A stretch of DNA of 64,000 nucleotides from Octopus sinensis (GCF_006345805.1 NC_043012.1:22444001-22508000), one strand, 5' to 3'; numbered from the stretch's first letter, positions 38,361 to 52,095 are shown. Numbers and translations are program-made. The notes: a model not told the origin generated them from the letters alone.

Positions 38361-39008
38361 GTGTGTGTGTGTGTGTATAATATATAAATATATATAGATA
38401 GATAGATAAATATATATATATAGATGCACTCACATACACATTTATACATGGTGTTGGACATTGGTCATTTCACAATGATGATTCAGGTGTTCAATCACCA
38501 GAATTACCTACTCCTGAATGAACCTGTAAGTGGCTGAGTATTCCAGAGAATAGTGTATGTTTAGCATTATTCTCTGGCACAATCAATGAAACATTGTGTG
38601 TGTGTGTGTAATGGGGCCATAACTTTCAAATTACAGGTGAGATTCACCCAACGGGATTCGGTACAGTTTTAATCTACCCAATTTAGACATGAGGCTAAAG
38701 AAAATTACATTTACCTAAAGAACCACAAATGGACATCTAACCTAGGACCCCATGGATGCAAAGTAAACTTCTCAGCTATTCAAACATGGCACCTAACACA
38801 TGCACACACACACACACACACACACACATTTACTATGGTTAGGTGGTTAAGAAGATTTCTTCATAATCCTAGACTTGATCCTAGACTTGATCCTAGACTT
38901 GATCTTGCTGTGTGATGCCTTAGGCAAGCATCATTCACTAGAGTCCTGGTCTAGCCAAAATCTGGTGATGGATTTGATAGAGGGAATTAAAAGATATATT
39001 ATATATAT

Positions 39009-39048
<40 letters not shown>

Positions 39049-39056
39049 ATAAAGCA

Positions 39057-39222
39057 GAGGGCTGGTGTGGTAAGAAGCTTAAGAGGCTTGCTTCCTAACC
39101 AGATGGTTCCAGGTTCAGTGTCACTGCTGGGCCCCTTGGGCAAGGTCTTCTACTATAGCCTCAGGGCTGACCAAGCTTTGTGAGTGGACTTGGTAAATGG
39201 AAACTGAAAGAAGCCCATTATA

Positions 39223-39260
<38 letters not shown>

Positions 39261-39482
39261 TGTATTTTTGTGTCTGTGTTTGTTCCCCCCCCCCCACCGT
39301 TGCTTGACAACCGATGTTGGTGTGATTATGTCCATGTAACTTAACAGTTCGGCAAAAGGACCAATTGAATAAGTACTAGGCTTACAAAGAATAAGTCCTG
39401 GGGTCAATTTATTCGACTAAAAGCAGTGCTCCAGCATGGCCACAGTCAAATGACTGAAACAAGTAAAAGAATAAAAGAATAA
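39057..39482 (+). mobile_element. SINE family A
   Basis: Full-length match. Confidence 0.85.
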
Positions 39483-39936
39483 AAAATGCGTGTGTGTGTG
39501 TATACATGTGTATATATATATATATATTATGTATATGTTTGTGTATATATATATATACATAGACATATATATATAATTCTATATATACATTCATACCTCA
39601 GTAGTACAAACCACTTTACAATGGATTTTGGAAGCAGCAGACAAAATCTGGAGCAGCTGACTCAATTTGAAAGTGCCATGTGCTTCGGATGGAGTTGAAT
39701 TTACTGTGTTATAACCTATATTTACAGTATACAGGTATTTGGCACTGTCATATTGGATTGTCTGCTTGATAAACAGAGTACCGTACTCTGTTTATTCCTC
39801 TGTCTTCCATAATGTAATTATTGATATTTACCATTCCTAATGTAACCTAACCTTAGTCTATGGACAATCGGCTTCATTGGACTGATGTTCTCTCCTTTTA
39901 GTCTGTAGTACCCATGTATGAGTGAGTATATATATG

Positions 39937-39967
<31 letters not shown>

Positions 39968-40027
39968 TGTGGTGTGTGTGTGTGCATGCATTGTATATAT
40001 ATATACATACACATATACATATATGCG

Positions 40028-40064
<37 letters not shown>

Positions 40065-40113
40065 TATATATATATCTTTATATATATATATATGTATATA
40101 TATATGTATATAG

Positions 40114-40630
40114 AGTCTCACAGAAACTATGACGAAAGACCGAGATGTCTGGAGATATGCTATGACTTCGAAGACCTGACAAATGAAGTGAGTTCATGGC
40201 TTGCGGACGGCCTGCTGTGCTAACCTTGGATCGGAGAGTGACCTGCTGTTCTTGAGGAGACCTATTGGTACATAATAAGAATTCAAAGGGAAATTGTAGT
40301 TAAGGCACTTGTACCGGTGACACGTAAAAAGCACCGTCCGAACATGGCAGATGCCAGCGCCACCTGACTGGCGTCCGTGTCGGTGACGCATAAAAGCACC
40401 AACCGATTGTGGCCGTTTGCCAACTTTATTTGGCCCCTGTGCCGGTGGCACGTAAAAAAACACCCACTACACTCACAGAGTGGTTGGCATTAGGAAGGGC
40501 ATCCAGCTGTAGAAACACTGCCAAATCAGAATAGAGCCTGGTGCAGCCTCCATGGCTTACCAGATCCCGGTCGAACCATCCAGCCCATGCTAGCATGGAA
40601 AACAGACGTTAAATGATGATGATGATGATG
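40114..40630 (+). mobile_element. RTE-clade LINE 3' end: ORF C-terminus, 3' UTR and (GAT)n tail
   Basis: 40114-40179 reads [21 protein letters not shown], the RTE DRxxWR end motif, directly followed by the subrepeat-bearing UTR shared by the truncated copies. Confidence 0.8.
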
Positions 40631-40673
40631 ATATATATATATATACATATTTATACATATATATATATATGTT

Positions 40674-40900
40674 TGTATTAGTATAATGCTTGTGAAGTGA
40701 AAAAGTCTTTAACGTTTCGAGCCTATGCTCTTCCACAGAAAGGAAGACAGAAAGAAACAAGGAGAGAAAATAAAGAATGTTAGTAGCTAGCCACTACACA
40801 TTCTTTATTTCTCTCATTGTTTCTTTCTGTGTTCCTTTCTGGGAAGAGCATAGGCTCGAACGTTAAAGACTTTTCACTTCCCAAGCGTTATACTAATACA
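40674..40900. repeat. head-to-head palindrome of two hammerhead-bearing elements (about 110-bp arms)
   Basis: Left copy (minus, 40707-40742): CTTT-CTGTGGA-A-GAGC ATAG GCTC-GAAA-CG-TT-AAAG; the right copy has 1-nt deletions in both core segments. Confidence 0.85.
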
Positions 40901-40933
40901 TTCTGTTATTGTCTCCAACACCTATGTATGTAG

Positions 40934-40964
<31 letters not shown>

Positions 40965-41583
40965 TCTTTTACTTGGTTCAGTCATTTGACTTCAGCCATG
41001 CTGGAGCACCACCTTAGAGGTTTTTTAGTGGTTAGGTTGTTACAGTCATGGTTCTGAGATTGTGGTTTCAATTCCTAGACTGGGTGGTGTTGTGTGTTAT
41101 GTTCTTAAACAAAACAGTTCATCTCGCATTGCTCTGCAATCACTTCGACACCTGATGCATGATACACAATGTACACTTGTTCAGACAGCATCGATTTGAT
41201 GGGGGGACTGGGCTAATGTGTGGCACGAAATTTGATCACGATAAACATATTTATTTGTGCAGGCCTTGTGGCAAAAGCTAAATTCTCATACGCTGTCTTC
41301 GACAGGAGTGTCTATCATACATAGTTGTGTGTTCATGTGTGTGTATGTGTATGTATCTATATATATATATATATGTACAGCAAAATTTAGATTCAAATGA
41401 ATATGGTACTTAAGTTAGATGCACCAGAATTTTGTATGGTGTTATCCATATAAATCCATGGGGTGATTAAAATCAAAATAAGCAACAAGAATAACTTCGG
41501 TAATATGGTACGATCGTTTTGCACTACATCATTTTATTAAATGTTGTAAGTATTACAACTGTTTTAAAATGCTTATTTTTCTA

Positions 41584-41614
<31 letters not shown>

Positions 41615-41748
41615 TTATATAGATGTATGTATATATATATATGTGTGTGTGTGTATGAGTGTGTGTGTATATATGTATATATATATATACTTTTTTTATT
41701 AAAACTGCAAAAACATCACAGACAGTTGTGATCAATGGACTTGATCAC

Positions 41749-41790
41749 AACTGTTTGACGAGCAAGGACGTGAAACTCTGAGTAACAGTT
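41749..41790 (+). ncRNA. minimal hammerhead with a C3-to-U substitution, inside an inverted duplication (41697-41815)
   Basis: AACTGT-TTGACGA-GC AAGGAC GT-GAAA-CTCTGAG-TA-ACAGTT; the inverted arm at 41719-41735 preserves AACTGTCTG. Confidence 0.7.
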
Positions 41791-41891
41791 TTTGTGATGT
41801 TTTTGTAGCTTTTATACAAAAAGCATATTACTCTACCTTTAGTATTCGAGTACTATTTTTTCCACCTTGTTTTGCATTTATGTGCTTACTC

Positions 41892-41927
<36 letters not shown>

Positions 41928-42179
41928 AAACAAAACTGTCTGGAGATGCAAGCAAAATATACTCAGTAGAATGTATTGGTTATAGAAAGAAAAAAGTGAA
42001 AAGAACAAAAAACAAAAAACAAAACCATCAAACCTAAATTTGCATGGACAAACACGGTAGAAAAAAGACTGAATTTCTCTGGAACTTTGCCATAAAAATG
42101 CCAAGCGAGCAATTCTGATATGCAGAGATATATTGCAGTGAGTAGGATCAACATTAGGATTTAAATGATATATATGAAC

Positions 42180-42223
<44 letters not shown>

Positions 42224-42371
42224 GTACATAGAGACATGATAGAGTAAGAGTGGTTATAGATAGAACTGTGGCAGATAATCTGTATAGTTTGCAGAAATAT
42301 ATGAGAGTCTGTGTAATTATTTGACATCATGTATATTTATACTATCTATAAGCACTAAGTTGTGCATCTGT

Positions 42372-42408
<37 letters not shown>

Positions 42409-42864
42409 AAGCTTATTATGTACATTTATATAAATTACAAGTACAATTCATATACATACACTGTATTTTCCAGCAAACAAGTTGAATTTTTCACAGCAAA
42501 ATTTACAGCCAAATATGATAGGTCAACTTATTCCCCAAGATGCCTTTGGAGGACCAAAAGTTCCATGTAAAATACTGCCGGATTTGGAAAGATGGTGACA
42601 ATGTTTGAATATTTACACATGTTTACAATATATATACCATATTGACTTGTAGGCTACAAAATACAGTGTCTATATGTTTGTCTATCTACCTATCTATCTA
42701 GCTATACACACATACACACATGTGTAGTCAAAAGGCCAGGGCTAGAGATGCTAGCTTTAGAAAACAAATTTGTCTACATAAATATATATATACATTATTA
42801 TATATATATATATATATATAATATATATTATATATATACATATATAACATATATCTATATATAC

Positions 42865-42929
<65 letters not shown>

Positions 42930-42960
42930 TATATACATATATATATACACACATATACAC

Positions 42961-43007
<47 letters not shown>

Positions 43008-43654
43008 TTGTAGATATGTGATATACTTCCTAGTATGAATTGATATATATTCCTGTATTTCAATTCCAGTATTTCTTGCCCGTCTTTTTACTCCATGTCT
43101 TTTGTATCTTTCAAAAGATGGGTGAATACATAAAAGATTACGGACATGTCTTTCTCTTTTTAATCATTTCCCAAGTTTCGGCCAAGATCCAACTTTGTCT
43201 CTTTTCTGTTTATCTTGTACCTCATCTTTGTATTGTATTTACAGTATCCTTTACACAACTTGTATATATGTGTGTGTGTGTGTGTGTCCAGCATAAAATT
43301 TCTGTGCATTTTCCTTCTTTTTCTATTTTTCACTACAATTCACCACATGCAAAAATTATTTATTCACCATTACATGTTTCATTTGGTACTAGGAATTACA
43401 GGGCTTTACACATTGGGTAAACGTATAAGAAATTTCCTATAAGAGATTCTTCAGGCAAACAATCAAATAATACATTTATGTACCCTACATCAATACAATA
43501 ACTATTACAAATACAAGCTTCATACTAGATTGTAATACAGGGATAAGCAAATAGGCTTCAACAGGACAGTTGAATTTTACACTACCTATATTTATCTCTG
43601 TCTGTCTGTCTGTCTGTCTATCTATATATATATGCATATATATGTGTGTGGGTG

Positions 43655-43970
43655 TGTGGCTTATTAGTTGGGATATTCTGTTCATGATCATAAGGTCACG
43701 AGTTCAATTCCTGGTGACGTGTTGTGTCCTTGAGCAAGACACTTTATTTCACATTGCTTCAGTTTACTCAGCTGGCAAAAATGAGTTGTACGTGTATTTC
43801 AAAGAGTCAGCCTTGTCACACTCTGTGTCATGCTGAATCTCCCTGGGAACTACATTAAGGGTACACGTGTCTGTGGAATGCTCAACCACATGTACATTTA
43901 TTTCATGAGTAAGCTGTTCTGTAGATCTAATCAGCTGGGACCCTCGTCGTCATAACCGACGGAGTGCCAA
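43655..43970 (+). mobile_element. SINE family C
   Basis: GAGTTCAATTCC..GTGTTGTGTCCTTGAGCAAGACACTTTATTTCAC. Confidence 0.75.
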
Positions 43971-44180
43971 TTCATATATTTGTGTTAATTGTCCTGTACT
44001 CTATTTTTATGTTGTTTTAAAAAATTTGTCCAGTTCCTTTGGTTTGTGTCTATGTTTTCGTTTCTCATTGTGTTCAACGTCTTTTTGGTGTCCTGTACTC
44101 ATATATGTGTGTATATGTACATGTAGAGGTAGGTACGTACATATATGTTTATATATATGCATATGTTTTTATTTTATTTA

Positions 44181-44218
<38 letters not shown>

Positions 44219-44580
44219 CAGCATGCTGTGCAACATAATGTAAAACTAAACCTAAGAGAAATGCTGCTTCAACTCTATAGTCTATATACAGTCACAGATC
44301 ACATGGCAGCAGTGAGTGAATTAGAAGACCCATACCATACCGTTACCATCCACTAACATTGCCACATGCACATAACAACAGCAACAGCAGCAGCAACAAG
44401 AGAAGCAACACAATAGCAGCAGCAGCAGCAGCTCTGACAAATGATCTTTACTATAATTCATTAGAACCATCCATTAACCAGCCATGCGTAACAAACTGAT
44501 TTAATTATTTACAACTGTCTCTTCGTTATTTATGATGACAGATGCCAACTTGCACACATCAACAGTAGAGAAAGATAGTA

Positions 44581-44613
<33 letters not shown>

Positions 44614-46607
44614 GAGAGAGAGGGAGGGGGGAGGGGAGAGATTAGGACAGACAGAAAGAGAGAAAGAAAGAGGATGGTAGTGAAATAGAGAGAGATGATG
44701 CAACGTTCTTTCATATTTATAACCATCATTATCAGTTATAGCTGCCGCAATAACTGGTATACATATATTTATTATAAGATTTATTGTTGCCATCTTATTG
44801 GATGCAGTTGCTGTCATATTCTACAGTCATTGACTTGTCATCACTCATGGCCATTATCATTATTGTCATTGTTGTTGTCATCATCTTTCTAATTTCTCAT
44901 GCTAGGATGGTGGATTGAACAAGTTTTTTTTCCCTGGCAGTGTTACCCCTTGTTGTGGTCCCTTGTCATATCCCTTACCAGGTTCAGCATCCTGAGACCA
45001 ACTGCCAACACATCTTTACCTTGTCTTTCCCCGTCTTGTATTCTTCTTTCCCGGACTCCTTCCACTTGGATCTAGAATTGGTTGACCCTTAGATAGACAG
45101 ATATTGATGTCTTGTGCAGGTGGTAGGCAAATGTCTGTAATAAGGTCACTTGAGCTGGACCCCACCCAGTATGTTGCTGGAATTGGTTTGATTAAGGGTG
45201 TTTTATTACTGCACTTAGTATGATTGCTTTTAAAGCATTATCCCGTTGAAGTCAACTTCACCTTTCATCTTTCCAAGGTTCATAAAGTAAAGAATAAGCC
45301 TGGTACTGAATGGCAATGTAGGATCTTGACCAAATTGCCCCTTCAACATTCCTGGCTTTGTGTCAAGATCAGAAACCATTGTTACATTTATACAATGTTT
45401 TGTTGCTTTAACAATTTTTATATTTAACCTGTTTCAGTCATTGGACTGCAACCTTGCTGGGGTGTGACCTAAAAGCATCATAGTCAAACAAATCAGCCCC
45501 AGTACTTAAGGGATTTTCAAAAGTGTGGTACATATTCTATCAAATCCTTTTGCAGATTATAGGGACATAAACAAGCCAACACCAGTTGTCAACCAGTTTG
45601 GGGATGTGTGATAAACACCCACACACGCACTAGGCTTCCATACAGTTTCAATCTACCAAATTCACTCCTAAGGCATTGGTTGCCCTGGGGCTATAGTGGA
45701 AGACACTTGTCCAAGGTGCAATGCTGTGGGATTAAACTCAAATTCACATTGTTACAAAGAGAGCTTGTTTACCACGCAGCCATGCCTGTGTCTATATTTA
45801 GTAATTACCGGAATAACAATAAATTTGTGACTAAAGAAAGAAGTGAAATGTTGGATTGCAGTAGTTACTGTAATTTTTTCGTCAAAATTAGATCTTGCAA
45901 AAAGATTACAATAATCACAAAATTTCAATTTTTTTTTAACTGCGATAATAATTTCTATTACAATCCATTGGCACAGAACATGGACATTAAATGTTGAAAG
46001 CAAAGAAAAAAAATGATGACCATTGAAACGGAATCATCATCATTATCATCATCGTTTTAATGTTCAATATTTTATGCTAGTATAGATCAAACAGAAAATG
46101 ATGAAACAGATTTTCTACAGCCAAATGCCCTTCTTGTTGCTAACACTCATCTGTTTCCAGGCAAGCCAAATATTTCCCAATGATCAGACATATTTCTTGT
46201 AGAAGACTGAAAATGACTGAAACTGCTTGTATGACAGTGACTCTCGTTTACAACCATCATGTGATGTCAAGATGAGGAGAAACAAGCACACATTCCCATA
46301 TACACATATACACATACAGAGGCACACACACACACATATATTTACACAGATACATCAGGCTTCTTTCAGTTCCCATCAACCAAATTCATCTACAAGACTT
46401 TTGTAGGCCTAAGACTATATATAGTAAAAGGCACTTAACCAATGTGCTACACAATGGGAATGAACCTGAAACCATGTGGCTGAGAAGCAAACTTCTTAAC
46501 CACACAGCCATGAAGGTATCTCTTTATATATACAGTAATCCTCTGACTATCGCGGGCGTTACGTTCGTTCCAACCCCCCCCCCCCTGCGAAGTAGAAACA
46601 GTACTGT

Positions 46608-46829
46608 ACTCTTTTACTCTTTTACTTGTTTCAGTCATTTGACTGCGGCCATGCTGGAGCACCGCCTTTAATTGAGCAACTCGACCCCGGGACTTATTCT
46701 TTTGTAAGCCCAGTACTTATTCTATCGGTCTCTTTTGCCGAACCGCTAGGTAACGGGGACATAAACACACCAGCATCGGTTGTCAAGCAATGCTAGGGTA
46801 CAAACACAGACACACAAACACACACACGC

Positions 46830-46860
<31 letters not shown>

Positions 46861-47025
46861 TACGACGGGCTTCTTTCAGTTTTCATCTACCAAATTCACT
46901 CAAAAGGCTTTGGTCGGCCCGAGGCTATAATAGAAGACACTTGCCCAAGGTGCCACGCAGTGGGACTGAACCCGGAACCATGTGGTTGGTAAGCAAGCTA
47001 CTTACCACACAGCCACTCCTGCACC
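46608..47025 (-). mobile_element. SINE family A, young copy
   Basis: Full-length match. Confidence 0.9.
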
Positions 47026-47271
47026 TGTATATTTTTTTTTATTATTTTTATAATTTCTATATATTTATTTTATTATAAATGCAAAACAGCACCACAGAGA
47101 AATTGATGTAAACTTTAATAAACAGTGATAGGTTAAACCGTGACAGGTGAACCACAATATGGCGAGAGATTACTGCAAATATATATATATATGTGCGTGT
47201 CTGTGTATGTGTGTATACATTTATATATATATATATATACACATATGTGAATGTGTGTATATATATATGTA

Positions 47272-47303
<32 letters not shown>

Positions 47304-48468
47304 GATATATATATATATATGTATATATAGATGTGTACATTTATATATATATATATGTATATATACAAAGTTTAAAGGACTGACCACTAAAAGTGGACGG
47401 TCAACATGCTAGATATAGACGTCAAAGTCGCTATTTTCCACAAAGAATGTGTTCTCAGGTAAATGTATTTATATGTATATATAGATGTATACATTTATAT
47501 ATATAATATATATATATATGTATGTATGTATGTATAAACACACACACACACACCTGACATATGATTCATATATCTTTCAATTATATCATTCGTAGTGCAG
47601 CAGTACTTATTCATCAACAGAATATTGGGATAATACTTAGTAATCATTTGATCATCAGAGTTACTATATTATTGTCATAAAATGTTTTAATACTCCAATG
47701 TTGTATTCAGTTATTAATGAAATATTAATGTGTTGCTTTGTTTAATGAATAATAACTCATAATAACAATTAATTGTTATTTCATTGAGTAGTATTATTAT
47801 ATTAGAATATCAATTGCTGTTTTATTATTTTCGTTAGTAGACTTAATAAGTTCTGTCTGAATTGTGATTTACGATAAGGTTCTTAGGAGCAAGGTACAAT
47901 GATGGTTGATTAAATTCTGAGGAGTAACCTTAAGGTGGTTGCTTGCCTTGCAAGAAATAGTAGCCAAGTTTCCCTCCAGTCACACTGCATCCTGTTGCAT
48001 CATCATCATCATCATTGTCGTTATGTAACATCTGTTTTTCATGCTGGTATGAGTTGGACAGTTTGGCAGCAGTTGGCCAGTCAAAGAGCTGCACCAGACT
48101 TCTATTGTCTGCTTTGGCATCTGTTTCTGCAGCTGGATTCTGTTCCAAATGCATCCACTTTACAGAGTGTGCTGTGTGCCTTTTGCTCTGTAAAAATGGT
48201 TGGTTGTTAGGAACGGCATCCAGAAATCCAGATTTTCATTTCTTAACCTCCCATATATATTTAGAGAAAGAAGTATTTGCCTGATTCATGGTGTAAGTGG
48301 AGTCATTAGCAGAAGACCAAATACCCAAAATCCTGCGAAAGTCAACTTTGCCTTAGAAAATCCTTAAGCTGAAGGACACTAAGGTTTATGAATATAAACA
48401 TTGATTAAGTGTTACACATTCAGTGTAGTAGTTGAGCTGGTGGCCATGAGTTCAGTTCCAAGGAAGTC

Positions 48469-48469
<1 letters not shown>

Positions 48470-48501
<32 letters not shown>

Positions 48502-48803
48502 TTAACCTCTGTTCTCCATGCTAGCATGGGTTGGACGGTTCGACCAGGGATCTGGGAAGCCAGAAGGCTGCACCAGGCTCCGGTCTTATCTGGCAATGTT
48601 TCTACAGCTGGATGCCCTTCCTAACGCCAACCGCTCCGTGAGTGTAGTGGGTGCTTTTTACGTGCCACCTGCACTGGAGCCAGGCGAGGCTGGCATCGGC
48701 CACGGTCGGATTGGTGCATTTTACGTGCAACCTGCACGGAAGCCAGTCGAGGCGGCACTGGCTTCGGCCACGATTCAGATGGTGCTTTTTACGTGCCACC
48801 GAC
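48470..48803 (-). mobile_element. RTE LINE 3' UTR fragment
   Basis: Close match to 27740-28042. Confidence 0.85.
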
Positions 48804-49094
48804 AATGTATAAATATATTCTGGTACAAGTGAAATTAGGTAGTGACATCACCAGAAGTAGGAAGAAGTCTAATACAAGAATATCACATTTATGGACTGTG
48901 GAATGAGAACAATTTAAATTCATGGATAGAAGTAAGAAATTACAAGTTGAATACAAAAGTCACCTGAAGATGGTTAGCGAGTATAAGGTTAGAGAGTATA
49001 ATGGTTAAAATCAGTCTGAATAGGTTAGTGTACAGTAACTCTTTTTTCATATGCCAAGCATTGGCTTTCACTAACACATGCACACATACTATTA

Positions 49095-49506
49095 CTCTCT
49101 CTTTACTCTTTTACTTGTTTCAGTCATTTGACTGCGGCCATGCTGGAGCACCACCTTTAGTTGAGCAAATCGACCCCAGGACTTATTCTTTGTAAGCCCA
49201 GTACTTATTCTATCGGTCTCTTTTGCCGAACCGCTAGGTGACGGGGACGTAAACACACCAGCATCGGTTGTCAAGCAATGCTAGGGGGACAAACACAGTC
49301 ACACAAACATATACACACACACTTATATATATATACATATATACGACAGGCTTCTTTCAGTTTCCGTCTACCAAATCCACTCACAAGGCATTGGTCGCCC
49401 CGGGGCTATAGCAGAAGACACTTGCCCAAGATGCCACGCAGTTGGACTGAACCTGGAACCATGTGGTTGGTTAGCAAGCTACTTACCACACAGCCACTCC
49501 TGCGCC
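49095..49506 (-). mobile_element. SINE family A
   Basis: Full-length match. Confidence 0.9.
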
Positions 49507-49517
49507 TATTATTATTA

Positions 49518-49555
<38 letters not shown>

Positions 49556-49569
49556 CCTATTATTATTAT

Positions 49570-49762
49570 TAAGGTGGCAAGCTGGCAGGAATGTAAGCAT
49601 GCCAGGCAAAATTTTTAGCAGTATTTCGTCTGTCTTTACATTCTGAGTTCAAATTTCATTGAGGTCAACTGTGCTTTTCATCCTTGCGGGGTCAATAAAT
49701 TAAGTACCAGTTGCATACTGAAGTCGATCTGATTGACTGGCACCCCTTGCTCCAAAATTTCT
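49570..49762 (+). mobile_element. SINE family B flanked by (ATT)n
   Basis: TAAGGTGGCAAGCTGGCAG..; ATT repeats on both sides. Confidence 0.8.
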
Positions 49763-50253
49763 TATCATTATTATTATTAAGCACTTGACACCTGCTCGAG
49801 ATGCCACACAGTGGCACCTTGAGCAAGTGTCTTCTACTACAACCCCAGTCTTGTGAGTGGATTTGGCTGACAGAAAATGGAAGAAGTCTGTTGTTGAGTG
49901 TATGTATTTATCTTGTTATCATCCTTATTTAATATTATCCTTTCATATTGGCATGGGTTAACTGGTTTGACAGGAGCTGGCAAGTCAGAAAATTGTGCCA
50001 AGATCTACCATCAGCTTTCACATGGTTCCTACAGGAGGTATGCCCTTCCTGATATTATCAAGAATCAGCAGATGTGGGGGTTCACACCAACATAAATAGA
50101 GTAATTTTAAGAGAAGTGGTTTTGTGATAAATGATAAAAGGTTACAGTATGAATGGAGGAACAGAAGTAGGTGTTGTAGTAGAGGAGATACATGACCACC
50201 TCACCTGGAGACAGAGAGAGAAGATGGTGAAGATGTGACGAGTTATGGATAGT

Positions 50254-50298
<45 letters not shown>

Positions 50299-50529
50299 TT
50301 GTACCTTTCTGCTGATATCACATGATGAGTGTAAACAAATCATACAAGGGTAGTTATTCGTTTCCAATCTCACATTGAAAATCATTTATATATTGCCTTG
50401 CCTAGAAATGGAAACAAGCAAAGGTTGGTGACAGGGAGGGCATTCAGCCATAGTAAAACTGTTTGAACAAATTCTGTATGACTTATGGATGGAAAAGTGG
50501 ATGTTAAATATGATGATGATGATGATGAT

Positions 50530-50943
50530 GAGAGAGAGGGGGAGAGAAAGGGGGGGAGAGAGAGGGTGAGAGAAAGGGGAGGGGGAGAGGAGGGGGAGAG
50601 AGGGGGAGAGAAAGGGGGGGAGAGAGAGGGAGGGAGAAAGAGGGAGAGGGAGAGGGGGAGAAGGGGGAGGGAGAGAGGGAGAAAGAAGGGGAGGGAGAGA
50701 GAGGGGGAGAGAAAATGGAGGGAGGGAGGGAGAGAAAGGGGGAGAGAAAGGGGAGGGAGAGAGAGGGGGAGATAAAGGGGAGGGAGAGAGGGAGAAAGAA
50801 GGGGGGGAGAGAGAGGGGGAGAGAAATGGAGGGAGGGAGGGAGGGAGAGAGAGGGAGAAAGAAGGGGAGGGAGAGAGAGGGGGAGATAAAGGGGAGGGAG
50901 AGAGAGGGAGAAAGAAGGGAAGGGAGAGAGAGAGAGAGAGAAG
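50530..50943. repeat. approximately 410-bp polypurine (G/A) tract
   Basis: Almost no pyrimidines on the + strand; many G runs. Confidence 0.95.
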
Positions 50944-51853
50944 ATACTTCGTCCCCTTATAATAAAGTTAGAACCAAATGATCAAGTATGCTTTTTTTTT
51001 AAAATCTCAGAACTTGAGTTCCAAAATCTTTTAAGTCAACCATCATACTTTCATACATTTAGCAATTTAATTAATTCATTTAAAATAATTTAAAATGTAG
51101 AAATATTCTGTAAGTCCACAATGCTGGATAGAATGAATATCTTTCACATGGCTTGACTCCTCACTATTTTAAAATGCAACTGCTAAGTCTTTCTAGAAGA
51201 TTAATTCTAATTAATTCATAAGTACCTATATTTACAAAAACAACTAAAAAAAACAACAACAAAAACAGAAAACAAAAACAAAAAAAAAAGAAAAGACATG
51301 GAAGTTTGGTAGTTATGAATATATATATATTTAATTTATACTTTAATGGAGACTGAGAAATCAGATTATAAATCATGTCTGTTTGCTTTTTCATATTCAT
51401 AAAAGTGTGAAGCTACTGTAACAAAAATAACAAAGTTATTTTAACAAGCTTGCACAGTTCAGACAGCATGTCAATGTTATGGATGTTTATGCACACACAC
51501 ACACACACACACACACACCACACACACATGCACACACACACATGTACGCACACAAACATACGTGTATGCATATATGAAAGTATGTATATTTGCAAACATG
51601 TGCTTACACATATAAAAACATCCATATGTATGTCGTATGTATTTAAACACACACATAAATATAAGAAATGTATGCACATAAAACAGCATTTATTATTGTA
51701 GACATGTGCTTATACATTGAAGAATACCCGTATGCAAGTATGGATGAATTATATGTGTGTACATGTATACATATGTATATACTCACATATACATATGTGT
51801 GTGTGTGTATTTAAATAAATATAGGGATGGTATTATTAAAATACTGTCACAAG

Positions 51854-51885
<32 letters not shown>

Positions 51886-52055
51886 CATGATTGATGACGA
51901 TATATATATATATATACATGTATTTAGGTGTATACATGTAAATATATATATATATATATAACAGATATAATGTATATAAATATCTATATCCATATACTTA
52001 ATTATAAATATATATAATACACATATATGCATATCTATCTATATTTCTACTTATA

Positions 52056-52095
<40 letters not shown>

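Noticed and set aside
39770-39794. Palindrome TAAACAGAGTAC-C-GTACTCTGTTTA as a regulatory operator or terminator
   Set aside because: More simply the junction of an inverted repeat-element fragment; there is no support for function
41495-41530. Minus-strand AAAACGATCGTACCAT as a hammerhead 3' half
   Set aside because: The palindrome ACGATCGT fits stem III, but no CUGANGA box was found nearby
43360-43460. Minus-strand CTGAAGA ... GAAACATGTA
   Set aside because: It has a palindromic ACATGT but no complementary stem I or stem II joining the boxes
48959-49033. Hammerhead at CAC-CTGAAGA-TGGTT..AATCA..GAAT..TTA-GTG
   Set aside because: The GAAA box is mutated and out of register with stem II, and stem III is absent; it could be chance
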